Below, one piece after another: positions 1-12,580 of a stretch of DNA of 64,000 nt; positions within the stretch are counted from its first letter, which is position 1; every line of letters starts with the position of its first letter. The notes under the pieces are model-generated. The model saw only the letters and a list, made by a program, of their open reading frames with translations. It did not search any database and was not told where the DNA came from. The DNA is from Ostrea edulis (Eukaryota), in NCBI RefSeq assembly GCF_947568905.1, contig NC_079165.1, positions 45,942,001 to 46,006,000 on the forward strand. Reading direction: 5' to 3'. The position numbers and the translations under genes were made by a program.

Positions 1-630
1 TATAATATATATGTATTAATATTAAACGATATGACTAATTTGGACAGTCCCTCAAATGATAGACAATAATCACTATAATAATTTTGGCTCTACCATAAAA
101 CCATGCCCTTACCCCCTAGGATAATGAAATTTACAATTTTGGTAATTTAAAGGACTACCCACTCCTTCTAAATATCTATTTAGTTTCAATTTAGTATCAA
201 TAATATTAAAGCAGATATCATTTACATGTTTTGCACATATACACTATATATACCAAGTTTGTCCCTGCCCTGGAGTCAGCTAGAATCTCTACCACGGGGA
301 TTATGAAAGTTACAATTTTGGTAGAGGCCTTCCTGCTCTATATCACTATGCATTTAGCTTTTCTTACACATGTGCGGTTGTAATGTAGAGAAGCATAAAT
401 TTGAAAAATTGGTCTATTTTTGGCAGTTTTTGCCCCATCATAAAGCCCCAGGGATGCATGAGTATTGAAAATTACAATCTATGTCTCCCTTGTCCAAAAG
501 ATACTTCATACCAAATTTGAAAAGAATTGGAATGGTAGTTATAATCAAGAAGTTAAAAATGTTAAATATTTAATGCACGTCAGACGAAGATGGACGCAGA
601 CCAACTACAATAGGTCACCTGAGTTTAAAC
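1..630 (+). mobile_element. Non-autonomous Helitron/Helentron-like (HINE-type) dispersed repeat, partial
   Basis: Ends with the motif GACGAAGATGGACGCAGACC...AATAGGTCACCTGAGT. Related blocks (ccaaatttg..., ggccccata, ctatcactatgca) recur at ~44100-44750 and ~55130-56375. Family assignment is from recall, not a search. Confidence 0.4.
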
Positions 631-1245
631 CAAGAGGGTGGGTGGGATGGAATGCCAGTAACATCCCTCTCTAGATCTAACCCTATTGTTACAAGATTTT
701 ATACCCCTGGATGATGTACATGTATAAGGCTTAAACTTAACTTTTTATTTAGACTAGAAAAAAATTTGCTTTAAAACACATTTTTATTTCAACCTAGAAT
801 ATTAAGGTTCTGTTAGAACACGTGCCTATGATATCATCCACATATTGTAGTCCTTTTTTGAAGGAAAGCAACTTATCTGAATTGATAGTATAAAGCTATG
901 ATATTCGAAGCTATAGAAATATACAGTAAATGAAGAACTGAAAGTATCCGGTGCCCAAATCATTAAGTGTCCACGTGCACTAGCTTTAAAACATAAAATT
1001 CTGCAAAATCATTGCAACAATATTTCCATATAATACGCCTGTCAAATGTCAGGAAATTCCAGTTTATTTGTAAATTCTAAATGGCTTTAATTCTTCACTT
1101 TGCAGATTATAAAGCGCAAACTGTCCCAAACCAGGTTATACTTGTATTGTCCCAGAATTAAAGCCAATCATTACGTAAATTTTCTAAACACCGACACTGT
1201 ATATGATGTTGCTTACAGCCTATTGCATTAATTTCCTGCGTTCAG

Positions 1246-2480
1246 CAGGTTGGGAACACTTCCCTTACAGCAAGACATTCTTGCGAACATGCGATTCTCC
1301 CTCTTTAGTGAGAGTAGATATATCCTGTACAACTGAGAAAAACACCCGAGCAGTATATCTCTTCATAATGTTTCACGTTATATAAGAAAAAAAAGGGCTA
1401 AAATGTCAATACTTCTGCAATTATATAAATCAAAACAAAAACACTCATAATGGGTATTGAATTTCAACCTCTTTCCCTCATACGCAACAACATTGATATA
1501 AAATTTCTTGACTGTGTTGTAGTTGTCAATTTTATAGCGAGCAAAGGTCACGTAGCAAAGCAACGCGCTCTCTCCATTGATTACACATGTTTAAAAGGAA
1601 AATATAGAAACTAATGAAATATTAAACCATACCTATGGAACTTAAAAATTTTGGTCCCAATGGTGTCGATTCGAATACTATCGCACGGACATGTATTTCT
1701 CCATTTTGAATTTTGCGTACCCAAGTTCATGTCGTTCTGAGATGTTACATAAAATCCATAAATTAAAGTATGTAAATTTTATCTTCTTAATCATATATAT
1801 AATCACTTGTTGATTAACGCAAATTGTACAACATTTCCTATGTTTGTGCATTTGCTAAACACTGACGCTGAATATGACGTCACAATGTACTGTTTACATC
1901 AGTTGCATAGCGTTTCCCGTGTTCAATGAATAGGCAGATCAAAAATGTCTAAAGTTAGAATACTTTTATTGAGCTCTGTCCTCACATGTTAGGTGCTAAT
2001 ATTTCGGGATATTTTTTGTCCGCTGTTATGGATCTAGATACTAATGCCAATATTTTTTGCTTCGCCCTCAAACACGGTCACGCTGTAAGACATATTAGCT
2101 AAGTAGGTAGAAATAGTCTTTGGACTGGACCTGCTTATTTAGCATAGCAGTACGGAATTTGCCATTATTTTCAATCAAGACACCAAAACCCTAACCCTGT
2201 TTTTGGTAATGTATACTTTCTCGCTAAAGGCTAGAGGGATAATCGAGTTTTAGCAAGTAGATCTCGCTATAGGGTAAGTGTTCCCAACCTGTTCAATGAA
2301 TAGTCGGATCAAATGTCTAAAGTGTTACCTAGGATGGTTTGATAGAGCTCTGTCCTCACACCTTACGACAGTTATGAGCTAACTTCGGGATATTATTGTC
2401 CTGTTATGGATATAAATACTAATGCCAATGCATTTTGCTTCCCCTCAAACACGGTGACTCCGTAAGACATATCAACATAT
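1246..2480. repeat. Composite DNA-element remnant with inverted and direct duplications
   Basis: A ~30-bp inverted pair: CAGGTTGGGAACACTTCCCTTACAGC at ~1246 and its reverse complement at ~2267-2292. A ~180-bp direct duplication at ~1920-2100 and ~2291-2475. The block AGTAGGTAGAAATAGTCTTTGGACTGGACCTG (~2102) recurs at ~59445. Confidence 0.5.
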
Positions 2481-2784
2481 TGATATGTTTCTGAGTTCAC
2501 TTACCCCTTCTTTATACACTTTGTTAGCTTTCTTCAATTTGATGTCCAGGGTCGCCATTTTAAAGTCATGTGATCAAAAATCTCCTCCGCTCCTTATATC
2601 ATTAAAAAGAGAAGAAAATAGGTGGTGTTAAAGTTTAGTATTTAGTCAACTATAGTTGAGATCACTCCATGTGTATGGTTTACAGATCTATAATATGTAA
2701 CTATTTGGTTTATTATTAGACAAAATATCGATAAAGTATTTTTTATTTGATATAGGTAAATTGCAAGTAGGTTAACCTCCCTCT

Positions 2785-2934
2785 GGGCTGCGTTCAAGAT
2801 CGGAGCGGCTTATAGCCTAGGTATTTTGGTCGCACTGTATGAATGAACGCTTATTTTCTTTAAATGTAGGGCTAGTCTATACGTTCGTTCAATTTTATAA
2901 CACTACGTAGCCGCTACGCTCTTGAACGCACCCC
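2785..2934. mobile_element. MITE with 15-bp terminal inverted repeats
   Basis: Begins GGGCTGCGTTCAAGA and ends TCTTGAACGCACCCC (1 mismatch). A related copy at ~38895-39034 ends TCTTGAACGCAGCCC. Confidence 0.6.
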
Positions 2935-3083
2935 TACAGTTACTTCGGCCTATTACGGTACCCTTCGATGTTAGATGTAATCGTCCGAGGTGTGTCGAGT
3001 GATACTCGGCTTGCTCGGCCGAGTAGTTACGATTGGGATTAAATAATTACAAGGGAGACGTAGGTAACAGCTGTAACTACAAC

Positions 3084-3097
3084 GTCGCTAAGGAAAT
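3084..3097 (+). promoter_or_regulatory. Candidate RFX X-box upstream of the ciliary SAXO gene
   Basis: GTCGCTAAGGAAAT resembles the X-box GTYNCYANGGMAAC with a mismatch at the last base. It lies ~210 bp upstream of the ATG, just before a probable 5'UTR exon whose donor GTAATT is at 3146. Confidence 0.3.
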
Positions 3098-3293
3098 TTA
3101 CCTGAGTTTTCTCACCTGTTGTTTGAAGTTTGAAAATTATACCCGGTAATTTAGAATACGAAATAGATTCATATAGGATATAATGTTAAGCGATGGCATG
3201 TTCATAAAGCAAGAAGTGATCGAGCAAGTTATTTCCAAGTAGATCTACACCTAGAGTTTTTTGTTTTTTCCATTGTTTGATAATTAATTTAGC

Positions 3294-6200
3294 ATGGCTG
3301 ATGTCGACTTCTTAACAGAACAATTTCCTGATAATGTATCGGTCAGCGATCTGTGTGACTGCGGGTAAGTGATATCCTAATAAGAAATGCATGCTGTACT
3401 AATGGCATCAGTATTAATGTACGTGCAATCACAGGAGTCGGCAATTTTATCAATTATTTATGCCCATTTCTCATATTTCTACTTTATTGATAAAATTGCT
3501 GACTCCTGTGGTGCAATCTCGATTTATTTTTTAAGGTATATTTTTATACAATGCGGTGAATGCACCTATATATGGTTGTTTTCATTGACATGCATATATA
3601 TATGTAAGACTCCAAAGTGCGATGGGACTCCAAAGTGCGATGGTCACGCCAAACCCTGATGGTCTGCGCCAAACCCCGATGGTGTGACACGCCAAAGTGC
3701 GATGGTCCACACTCATGTGTCAAAGTGCGATGGTCTGACACGCCAAAGTGCGATGGTGTGACACGCCAAAATCCATTGGTTTTTGTAAATGACACAGTGT
3801 TTTGGTACAGACTGTACCAACCGTGTGTTGTTTCACTAAAATATCAGTGCAAAATTCATGCATAAAAAATAAGAAGTTCAACCTATTTCGTTGCCATCTA
3901 GTTGTCGTGTTAATAAACACAAAGTGTTCCAGCGCGAAATCGTGAAGAATGTTTTGCATTATCGCATATCCCCAGGATTTTATTACGTGTACGCCACAAG
4001 TAATAAATGATCATGAATTAAAAGATGTTTGGGCAAAGTAGATAGTTCGACAACAAATTTATCTTGCCGTTCTCACTATCCTCAACAGTGTAAACCTTGC
4101 CGTTGCTGTCGTCCATGTTGCATTTATTCGGTTTCATTTTGAAAGACATTGAGAATGACGTCACAGTGACGTCACAAACGTTACTGAACTCCGCACCATA
4201 TCGGACTTTGGCGTGACCATCGCACTTTGACGTCCGTAATGTTAACAAACCATTGCACTTTGGCGCAGACCATCGCACTTTGGCGTGACCATCGCACTTT
4301 GGAGCGACCATCGCACTTCAGAGTCTTACATATATATATATATATATATATACATGTATATATATAAATTATTATCATGTGTGTAACTGTACGGTATAAT
4401 ATGATGCACATTTGCATTTTAGGCCTAATTGTGACTTTTTAAGGTGAGATGTACTGGTGAACTGTGCACCCATGCAGGATAACATCTCCCACCAGCTACC
4501 CATTCATCTTTTTAAAAAACAAATGTTGAAGTTTGCATGCTACTCAGACCCACATAAGAATAACACCCCCCCCCCCCCCAATTAAAAAAAAGTGTAAGAA
4601 TGTAGTAATGTGTTTATATACCTAACCCAACATCCACACACCTTTTGTTACCCTGGCACACACCCATCCCTAACATTCCTTCCCTTTTCCAACTGGTCTG
4701 CTTACTTTGAGTGCATGGTGATTGAAAATTAAATCATTTGAATTTCATGATGTTTATATCTCCATCTCTATCTAACCATCATAACTGTATAAATGAGTAT
4801 TTTTGACAGGGTGTAATAATTGGCACAAATGTGATCTATGAAGTAAGATGAAAATTTAAAAGAAGTCTAAATATAAAATATTTCAGAGGAGATATATTTG
4901 AAGTTGGTGTTACTTTTAGTGATCGAAGACAAAAAAAGGTAGAAAATTAAAGTAAGAATTAGGAAAAACAATATGAGATGGTATAAAATGGAGTGGCTGT
5001 GTGCTTGATGGTGAATAGAAGCCACCAAGTGTTCTTATCATTATGAATACCTTCTCATATGCTTAGGTATTCTTTTCTGATGATTTATGGCTGATGTGTA
5101 TTACAATTTTCTCAACAAATTTATGTTCAAACATCCCCATTGCTTTATGACTAAATTGTTTGAACATTCTTGTACAATTTTATTGATAGCCTGTTGAATT
5201 TTTTGTTTTATTGGTCTATAGCTATATCTTACTGTGAAGATAATTTAAATCATTGTGTCTGTTGAAGTTTATGGTACTTAGATATAAACTAGTAGACAAA
5301 TAACAAGATTCATGGTGTCAAATATAGCACACATGCAGGTACAGCTTTCATATCTTATCTAGAATAAACACTTCAGCCATGCTCTCAAGATAGAATTATT
5401 TACGTTTTTGAACATGAGGATCTTTATATGTGCCTAGATCTTTTGTGCAAATTTCTTTCTTGCTTTCTACTAAAACTACATTTTTTGATTAAATAAAGTA
5501 AATTTAAAAGTTTTGGATTTCAAAATATTGTTCCACATATTTTCCACTTTTCATCCATGTCAAATTTCTCTGGTGTAGCATTCCTCCTTAATCAGTTTTC
5601 ACTGATTTTCAGGAAATGTAACTCTTCCATGCCCATAACTCCCTACAATGACAAGAACCCTCATCTGATTTGAATATATTTCTATTGAGGGTACCCTCTA
5701 CTACGATTTTACCAAGTATGAGGAAAATTCAGGGATAAATATTTTTCATGCCACTTTAATCCCATTAAAATACACTAGATTAATTAAGGTGTAAAATGGC
5801 GTAAAATGTTAACCGCTGGGTCCAAGGATTTACTGTAGTTAAAAAAGACCTGTTGGGTACATGTGGTAAAAGCCTTATAGTTATGATTTGACTCCACTCT
5901 CAAGAAAACATTCACTAATAGATAGAATCAATGGTATGATATTATTTTATTTTTCTTTGAACAGTTTGCACTTGGGATTGATTTAACATTTTATTTTTTT
6001 AAATATTCATTTTATTTTTTAAACTATTCATTTTTGAATATCATATGTGTATAATGTTTAATGATATTGTATCTATAATTAACTATCAAGGCAGTATCAG
6101 CAGTTGATACTCCTTTTGGGAAAGGATGTGATTGAATGATTTTGACAAAGATACTTCAATCTGTTTTTAATTTTTTTAACCAGGAAACATAAACGCAAGA

Positions 6201-8086
6201 AACAGAATGTCACTATTCCTCGGAATACATGTCCTTTTCCGACATCAGATTATGCCCAGACTTTCAAGGCGGTGGAGAACCCCCGCCCTCGCTCCAGTAA
6301 ACGCCCTCCACCTACACCAGGGGTAAGAGATCGACATTCAGCTCCCATGATCTTTTCCACAAACCAGAGAGATGAATTCAAGTCGCATGGTGCTGTGCCA
6401 AGGACAAAGCCCATCATTCCGGTAACAGAACTACCTTTCATATTCCTATGTCATTAAAAATGTTCATTCATTCACTTGAACTATCACATCCCTCCATGAC
6501 CACTTGTCTCAACACATAAGACACAACTAAACACTTGATATGTAGATGAAAGTTGGCATAGAATGGCCGGATTGTATCTCTTTTCTAATTGTATTAATCT
6601 CTGTTTTGAATGCATCTATGAAATACTTAGTTATCCTAAGGGAGTACATCTTTATGTTATATAATCTGAGGTATATATAATGTAAAATTTGTATTTGCTT
6701 TACAGACATCAGTCTGTTTAAGTCACTATTATTTAAAATGACGTGATGGTCTGTAATCTGTGTTGTGATTTTAAGAATTGTTCAAAACTTCATTTCAAAG
6801 CATAGTGGGTTGTCATTGATGCAGTCAAATTTTTTTGGTAATGAGACTTCATATTTAACCACAGGAGGAGAACTATGAACCTGTGAATGCCCCGATTGAA
6901 AAGTCCACCTCCTACAACCAAGAGTTCATAGCTAAACAAGCACAACCTGAATATAGACGGATGGAGCCCCGTGGTACAGTCCAAATTCCTGATGCTAAGT
7001 TTGATGGGCACACAACCAACAAGGATCACTTCAAGAAATGGGTCACACAACCCACCATACAGTTTCAAGAGCTACCTAGCTTTACAGGTATATGAATCAC
7101 ACTAGAAAATGCTTGAGGACTGCTAGAATACGCTTGACCTCCCATCTGCAGATCTCTTCTCTTGGGAATGTTTGGCATGTACTGTTTCCTCCCACCCCCT
7201 CAGGGAAGACATATTGTTTTTTGGCCTGTTTGTCTGTCTCAATGTTTGTAAACACAATTTCTCCTACAATACTGAATGTAGTTGCACAAGACATACTGGC
7301 AGGTTTTATCTATGAAATAAATTTTTGGGGCTACATGTATTTGCACTATGAAATGGACTTGGTCATTTTGATATATGGGAGTGTTTGTGAATGCAATGTG
7401 TGACTTTCTCAGCTTCAGATTAAAATGGATTGGAATAAAACTTGACAGTACCAATCTAAGTGTAGTAGGCAAGTTTTATATCAGATGTTCATTTTAGGAA
7501 TATTTTGTTTTGGATATGCATTTGGGAGTTCTAGAGTACCAAATGCTCTTTAAAAAAATGTCAGATGTCCTACTTACATGTAATAAATATGCCAAAAGGT
7601 TAGATGAGCATGACTAGTACAATGTAAGTTTACGAACCATCTAAATCATAAGATTTTATTAAAAGAATATCAAGAAAATTCCTTCACTAATTTTGAGTAG
7701 CCCCCCCCTTTGCTTTGAAATAAGTGTAGTATGTATAATTTCATGTCACTGAAATATAATTATATTATATTGAGGACAATTGCCAAGTTCAATTAATTAT
7801 GTAATGCAGGGATTGTAGAAGTTGTATGAATGTACTGTATTTTAAATGTGTCCCACTTTTGATGAGCCACAGAGAGGATATCAGTCATGTTAGTGTAGTA
7901 CACGTATTTAGGGCTATATGGACTTTAGATTTTGGCTCAGTGGTTAGAACACCTGATTAGTAATGCAGGGGATGCAGGTTTGATTCCCTGTCCAGCTCAA
8001 AATTTTCTCCTTCCCAATACTACATTTGGTGCTGTTGACCACCCATAGACTTGCAGGTTGTTCTGCCAGGGGTGAAAGAATCTGCT

Positions 8087-8119
<33 letters not shown>

Positions 8120-10518
8120 CTGAAGACAATTTAAGGCGGGAGAAGTGTAATATTTAGGGCTAGCTCAGTGGTTAGAGCACCTGACTAACAATCCAAGGGT
8201 CCCAGGTTTGATCACTGGTCCAGCCCAAAATGTTCTCCTTTCCTACACTATATTAGAATAGGACTGGTTTGATTCTGTTTAACAAAATTAAGACTGGAGT
8301 AAATCGTCTTTTGTAGGTTCCATTTTGTTTCCGGAGAAAAACAAACTACCACCAAGTGAAACAATGCAACAGTTTAGGGGTGAATTTATCAAAAGACCGG
8401 AGGCTGTGCGGTTAGCAGATGCCAATTTAAGAATGGAAGGTACAGTACTTTAAATGTGCATCCATTGTTAATTATAAAAAGAAATACTTACATCGTTTAA
8501 TTATATACTAAATTATTATGTGACATTTTGAATGAATTAAAAAAGTAAATGCTAATAATGTTTTAGGTGACTTTTTGATGACTACAACAAACAATGATAC
8601 TTACAAGATGTTCCATGGGGACCACCGGGCAGAACGTATTGTCAAGAAACCCACGCTACATACTTCTAAAAAGCTTGGCAAATTTGAGACGGAAACCCAG
8701 AACAGACGGGATTTCCCTGAATATGCAGGTGCTAGACCTGCTAGACTAGCTGAGCCAGCCCCAGAAACTATAGACCTTCGATTTGACAACAAGTATGAAT
8801 CATTATCTCTTTCACGTTTAAAAAAAACCTGAAAAGCTTGAGGTTTTTGTGGTGCAAAAATTATTATGATATCTATTTTCATTATGTAAAGTAAGTTTTT
8901 AAAAACAATTTTGACATTGTGCTTAACACCTTTTAACAGCATATATACAGGAGAAAATTTTGCTTGTGTGTAGATTGAATTATGGAAGTTTTATATTATA
9001 TGACCATTTCAGGAGAAACTTTCAGACAGAACAACGTGCTATCTATAGGGGTCATGATATAATGCAAAATCCAATGCCCAAACCAATCAGGCATGACTTA
9101 GAGGAATACAACCCACCATCTGTAAAATTTGAGACTGAAACATCAAATAAGGTAAGCATGAAACAGTTATTTGTTCAAAAGTCATATTACCATATAACAG
9201 CAGGGATTTTCTATACCTATTTGGGAATGGGGCCTGGGCCCTTAGAATTGGGAATTTAACATGATACATGTCAAATGGTAAAGTTTTGATAAGTCACTGT
9301 TTGATGCAGGCTTATAAAATGTTTACTAAGCATTTTATTTTGAAAATGTGTGTCAGTAAAAACAAACTAAAAAAGTGCTTTTGTTTTCTGATATTTTCTT
9401 GGAAATGTGACCAAGTTTCATTTTGGCTGATTCCATTTTTCTCTCATATAGTTATGCATACAGCCCTATGGCAGTGTTATTTACTTTCTTACGAACATTT
9501 AACAAACTCTGTTAAGTTCCTGTTCCATTTTGCTCTGGAGAAGGTTGTCAGATAATACTTGGAATTATGGGTAGACATTATCAGATCTATGGCCGTTTTC
9601 TTGTATCCCGATTCCATGTGCATTTCAATCGCAAACACATCTGAACAGTTTTGTATAAAGTTTTAGTGCATTCTGATCCTGAACAATTAAATTACACCAT
9701 CAAATTTTTGGGAAAAGTATCGATTTTGTAAGAGAATAGGGCCAAAATATGGCCCTAACACTGGGCAGTGGAAAATCCCTGAACAGGTATTTTCTGTGGG
9801 TGGAATATTTGTGACTCGATAATTATATTCTGCATTTCCAATTTCTGCACCTGCATTGTACATTGCACCTACAATGTATATATGCCTGTATGTATCTATT
9901 TACATATAATGAGATAGTAATTTTTGTGGATTTTTCCAATCTGCAAAAAATGGACAACCACAGAAAATACCTGTTTATATGGTATCTACTGGTATATAAC
10001 AACCACATTCATCGGAAGTAATTTTACTGCATGACAAATACTTATATGTAAAGGATAATGTTAATGTTTTCTCCTTATTCCAGAGGGACTTTCAACCAAT
10101 TGATATCACTGCCAATCTAACACACAAAGCAACTGTGCCACATTCAACAATTAGGGTTCCCGATGTAAAATTTGAGAGTAGAACCAGTTTTGGAGAGTTC
10201 TTTAAGAACTATGGTCCAGTCAAACGAGAAAGATATGGAGATTTCCACGAAAACCGACCATATATTCCTCCTCAGACAAAATTTGAAGGTGCCAGTACTA
10301 CAAAATCTACTTATATTCCCAAGAAATGGGAGCCTACCAAACCATTTGTACCAGAAAATAGACCAATAGAAGGTGAAGGTGTAATGGATTTCAACACTGT
10401 CCATAAGGAGACGTACCAAAAACCCAAGGTTAAGCCATGTAAAGCAGAAGTATATCTTATCCAGAAAGAACTTCAACGACAGAGAGCATTGGAAGCAAGG
10501 GCATTAGTGGCCAAGTGA
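3294..10518 (+). CDS. SAXO: Stabilizer of axonemal microtubules (SAXO/FAM154 family), ~484 aa, 7 coding exons
   Basis: join(3294..3364,6184..6421,6865..7087,8317..8439,8567..8792,9013..9151,10084..10518) = 1455 nt, open, all introns GT-AG and phase-compatible. The N-terminus has the Cys motif DLCDCGKHK. Repeated Mn-like units: KFDGHTTNKDHF, KFETETQNRRDF, KFETETSNKRDF, KFESRTSFGEFF, KFEGASTTKSTY. Confidence 0.88.
3603..4330. mobile_element. Non-autonomous TIR element with subterminal tandem repeats, inserted in (TA)n in SAXO intron 1
   Basis: Termini TGTAAGACTC...GAGTCTTACA. About 6-7 copies of CCAAAGTGCGATGG at 3611-3770 and reverse-complement copies at ~4205-4320. (TA)n flanks both sides. 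Confidence 0.8.
7894..8252 (+). mobile_element. Complete TRIM with tRNA-like LTRs (Helenus-type) in SAXO intron 3
   Basis: LTR1 7894-8024 (TGTAG...TACA). PBS TGGTGCTGTTGACC at 8027-8040 resembles the tRNA-His complement. PPT AAGGCGGGAGAAG at 8133-8145. LTR2 8146-8252. 4-bp TSD TTAG at 7890-7893 and 8253-8256. Both LTRs carry A-box (GCTCAGTGG) and B-box (GGTTTGATC/T) motifs. Confidence 0.85.
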
Positions 10519-11420
10519 GCATGAAATTTAACCATTCATGTTCAATGGAGCCATGTTGGATGCCTTTATATTGATTGCAGAACAGTAGCTGATTTCATTT
10601 GTTTTTTGTTGCCTTTTGATATACGTAATTTATTTGTAGAGTAACATGTTCACTGGTCTGCAGTTTAACATTCTTGTCTTCATACTTGCAATGTCAATGC
10701 TACAAATTTGATACGACAAGGATTCTAATTGAATTATTTTCAATGTGCCTTTTATACTAAAGAACATGCACTACTTTTTTCTTCCACGTGTAATTTTGTG
10801 TTGTATCTTATATGAATGTCTTTCATCTTAACATAAAAGTTTCCTATTAATATGTCCGTAATGTGAATTTATATATGAGAAACAGTATTTAATTGTTACA
10901 TAAATATGTATTTTATGAAGCTCAATAATTTTTTCATTACATTTGATACAATGTATTCATCAGAGTGATAACCATATATGCTTTTTTCAGACTGCTATGT
11001 TTTTTATGACTTTATATGTTATGTTTATTTCAAATTTTATCACATTAAATTTTGTTAAAATATACATTGTCATATTGGGTGCAGATGTTCTTCAATATTT
11101 CATTGGCAAGCAATATGTGGTTCTAGAAATCTGTTTAATGTTACAATCTTTTAAACAATGTGAATGCATGCCTTAATGAAAAGTTACATGCACACAAAAT
11201 GAGAATTTAGGCCATTTCTTACTACACTTTCTTGCATCTTTTTGGTAAGAGTGGGCTTTCATTCTTTATTTTTGTCACTGTAAATTTTAAACTGAAATCA
11301 AACTGTACACATTTCAATTGACAAAAAAAAAGTCAGTTATAAGACTACATCGCAACTACAAGAAAGGGATTCCTCTATACACAGGACTCACTAAACTCTG
11401 AATAAGTGTTTGGGGATGTG

Positions 11421-12580
11421 TGTAGCAGTGTTATTGAGGCTGAAGAAGCGTCAGTGACATTGAGATTTATTCATTTCAAAATTGAGGATTATCTCCCTCA
11501 CGCATAGCTCTTATCCTTAGACGAATTTGACTCCACTTTTTTGGCACACTGTTTTTCCCTATAATAGCTCTAAAATTTCAGATTTCAAACATTTCCGTTG
11601 AGCATCACTGAAGAGACATTATTTGTCGAAATGCGCATCTGGTGCATCAAAATTGGTACCGTATAAGTTTTTACATTTAGGAGTATTGGTAGGTATTGGT
11701 ATTCTCGTGAAGCCTAGATTGGAAGGGATGTTGGTATCTCCTTCTACCTAGTGTCTGCGAGAGGTGTTGATATCATCTGCATAGGTACTAGGTTTCAGTA
11801 AGGCTCAGTAAATCTGGTGAGCCTAAGTCTCAATGAGGTCTTGTTGACTGGAGAGAAGACAAGCAAACAGTTAACATCCATAGAGAAGGACAGGCAGACC
11901 ATTTATATATGTTGCGCATATTTGTATATTCTGAAGCGCACCAAGTTCTCCTGAAGGTCAGTTAGACCTATTGTAAATACGTTTTGCATATCTGTATATT
12001 TTGAAGTGCACCAAGCTCTCTGAGGTCTGCTACTACACAGACCCGGTCCCACGACATAAGGCAGCCAGATAGTCTGAACCCTTACACGTTACATAGAGTG
12101 GCAGCAGTGGGATATAGAGAGGCGCAAGCCATTGACAGATTTTGCGTTAACATCTTGGATGATCTTCAGAGAGAGAGATTACTATAATTGATGCGAAACT
12201 CAAGGAGCTGCAACAAAGTTTGGCGCTGAAAGAAGAGTTTGACCATTCCATTCCTACACGCCAGACTACTACAAAGCAGTCATCCTTATATGATTCAGGG
12301 ATGGAGACCGGATACCCGTCCATGTTTCCAAGACAAAGCGCATCACCAGTCGCAAGTTCATATCCAATGTCCCAAGGTAGTATGCTTAGTATCAGTGATG
12401 ACAGAGACACCAGACCTAAAGAAACTATGTTTAAAAGACAAACGATTTGATGTCAGGAGTAACGACAGGTAGACCATCAAGAGTTCTCTTCTCCCAAACG
12501 AGAAAATCTTGAATGACAGATAAATGATGGGCTGCCCAAAGGAAGGGGTGTACAGATGAAACCAGCCACTTATGATGGAA
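11421..12580 (+). mobile_element. Gypsy-type LTR retrotransposon remnant: 5' LTR, PBS and disrupted gag start
   Basis: LTR ends ...CACGTTACA at 12093. PBS TGGCAGCAGTGGGAT at 12099-12113 is complementary to a tRNA-Leu 3' end. A frameshifted coiled-coil ORF (DDLQ..ITIIDAKLKELQQSL) follows, then MKPATYDG at 12556-12579, a gag-type KPxxYDG motif. The LTR start at 11421 (TGTAGCAG) is tentative. Confidence 0.65.
11602..11645 (+). ncRNA. Minimal type I hammerhead ribozyme within a ~220-bp insertion (~11459-11677)
   Basis: GCATCA-CTGAAGA-GACA(TTATT)TGTC-GAA-ATGCGCAT-C-TGGTGC. Stem I pairs GCATCA with TGGTGC (one G-U), the core is CUGAAGA/GAA, stem II is 4 bp, and helix III is the palindrome AUGCGCAU. 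Predicted cleavage is after C11639. Confidence 0.85.

Noticed and set aside
3387-4417. Several overlapping ORFs with PKCDG/VRWS repeats
   Set aside because: They are translations of the CCAAAGTGCGATGG subterminal arrays of the TIR element.
7944-8129. Poly-Pro ORF (and the poly-Gly ORF at 42013-42315)
   Set aside because: Both arise from G homopolymer runs, whose length may also be a sequencing artefact.
7930-8235. Two apparent tRNA genes (and a third at ~61240-61285)
   Set aside because: They have A/B boxes but no closed acceptor stem or clean anticodon arm, and they lie within LTRs bounded by PBS, PPT and TSD.
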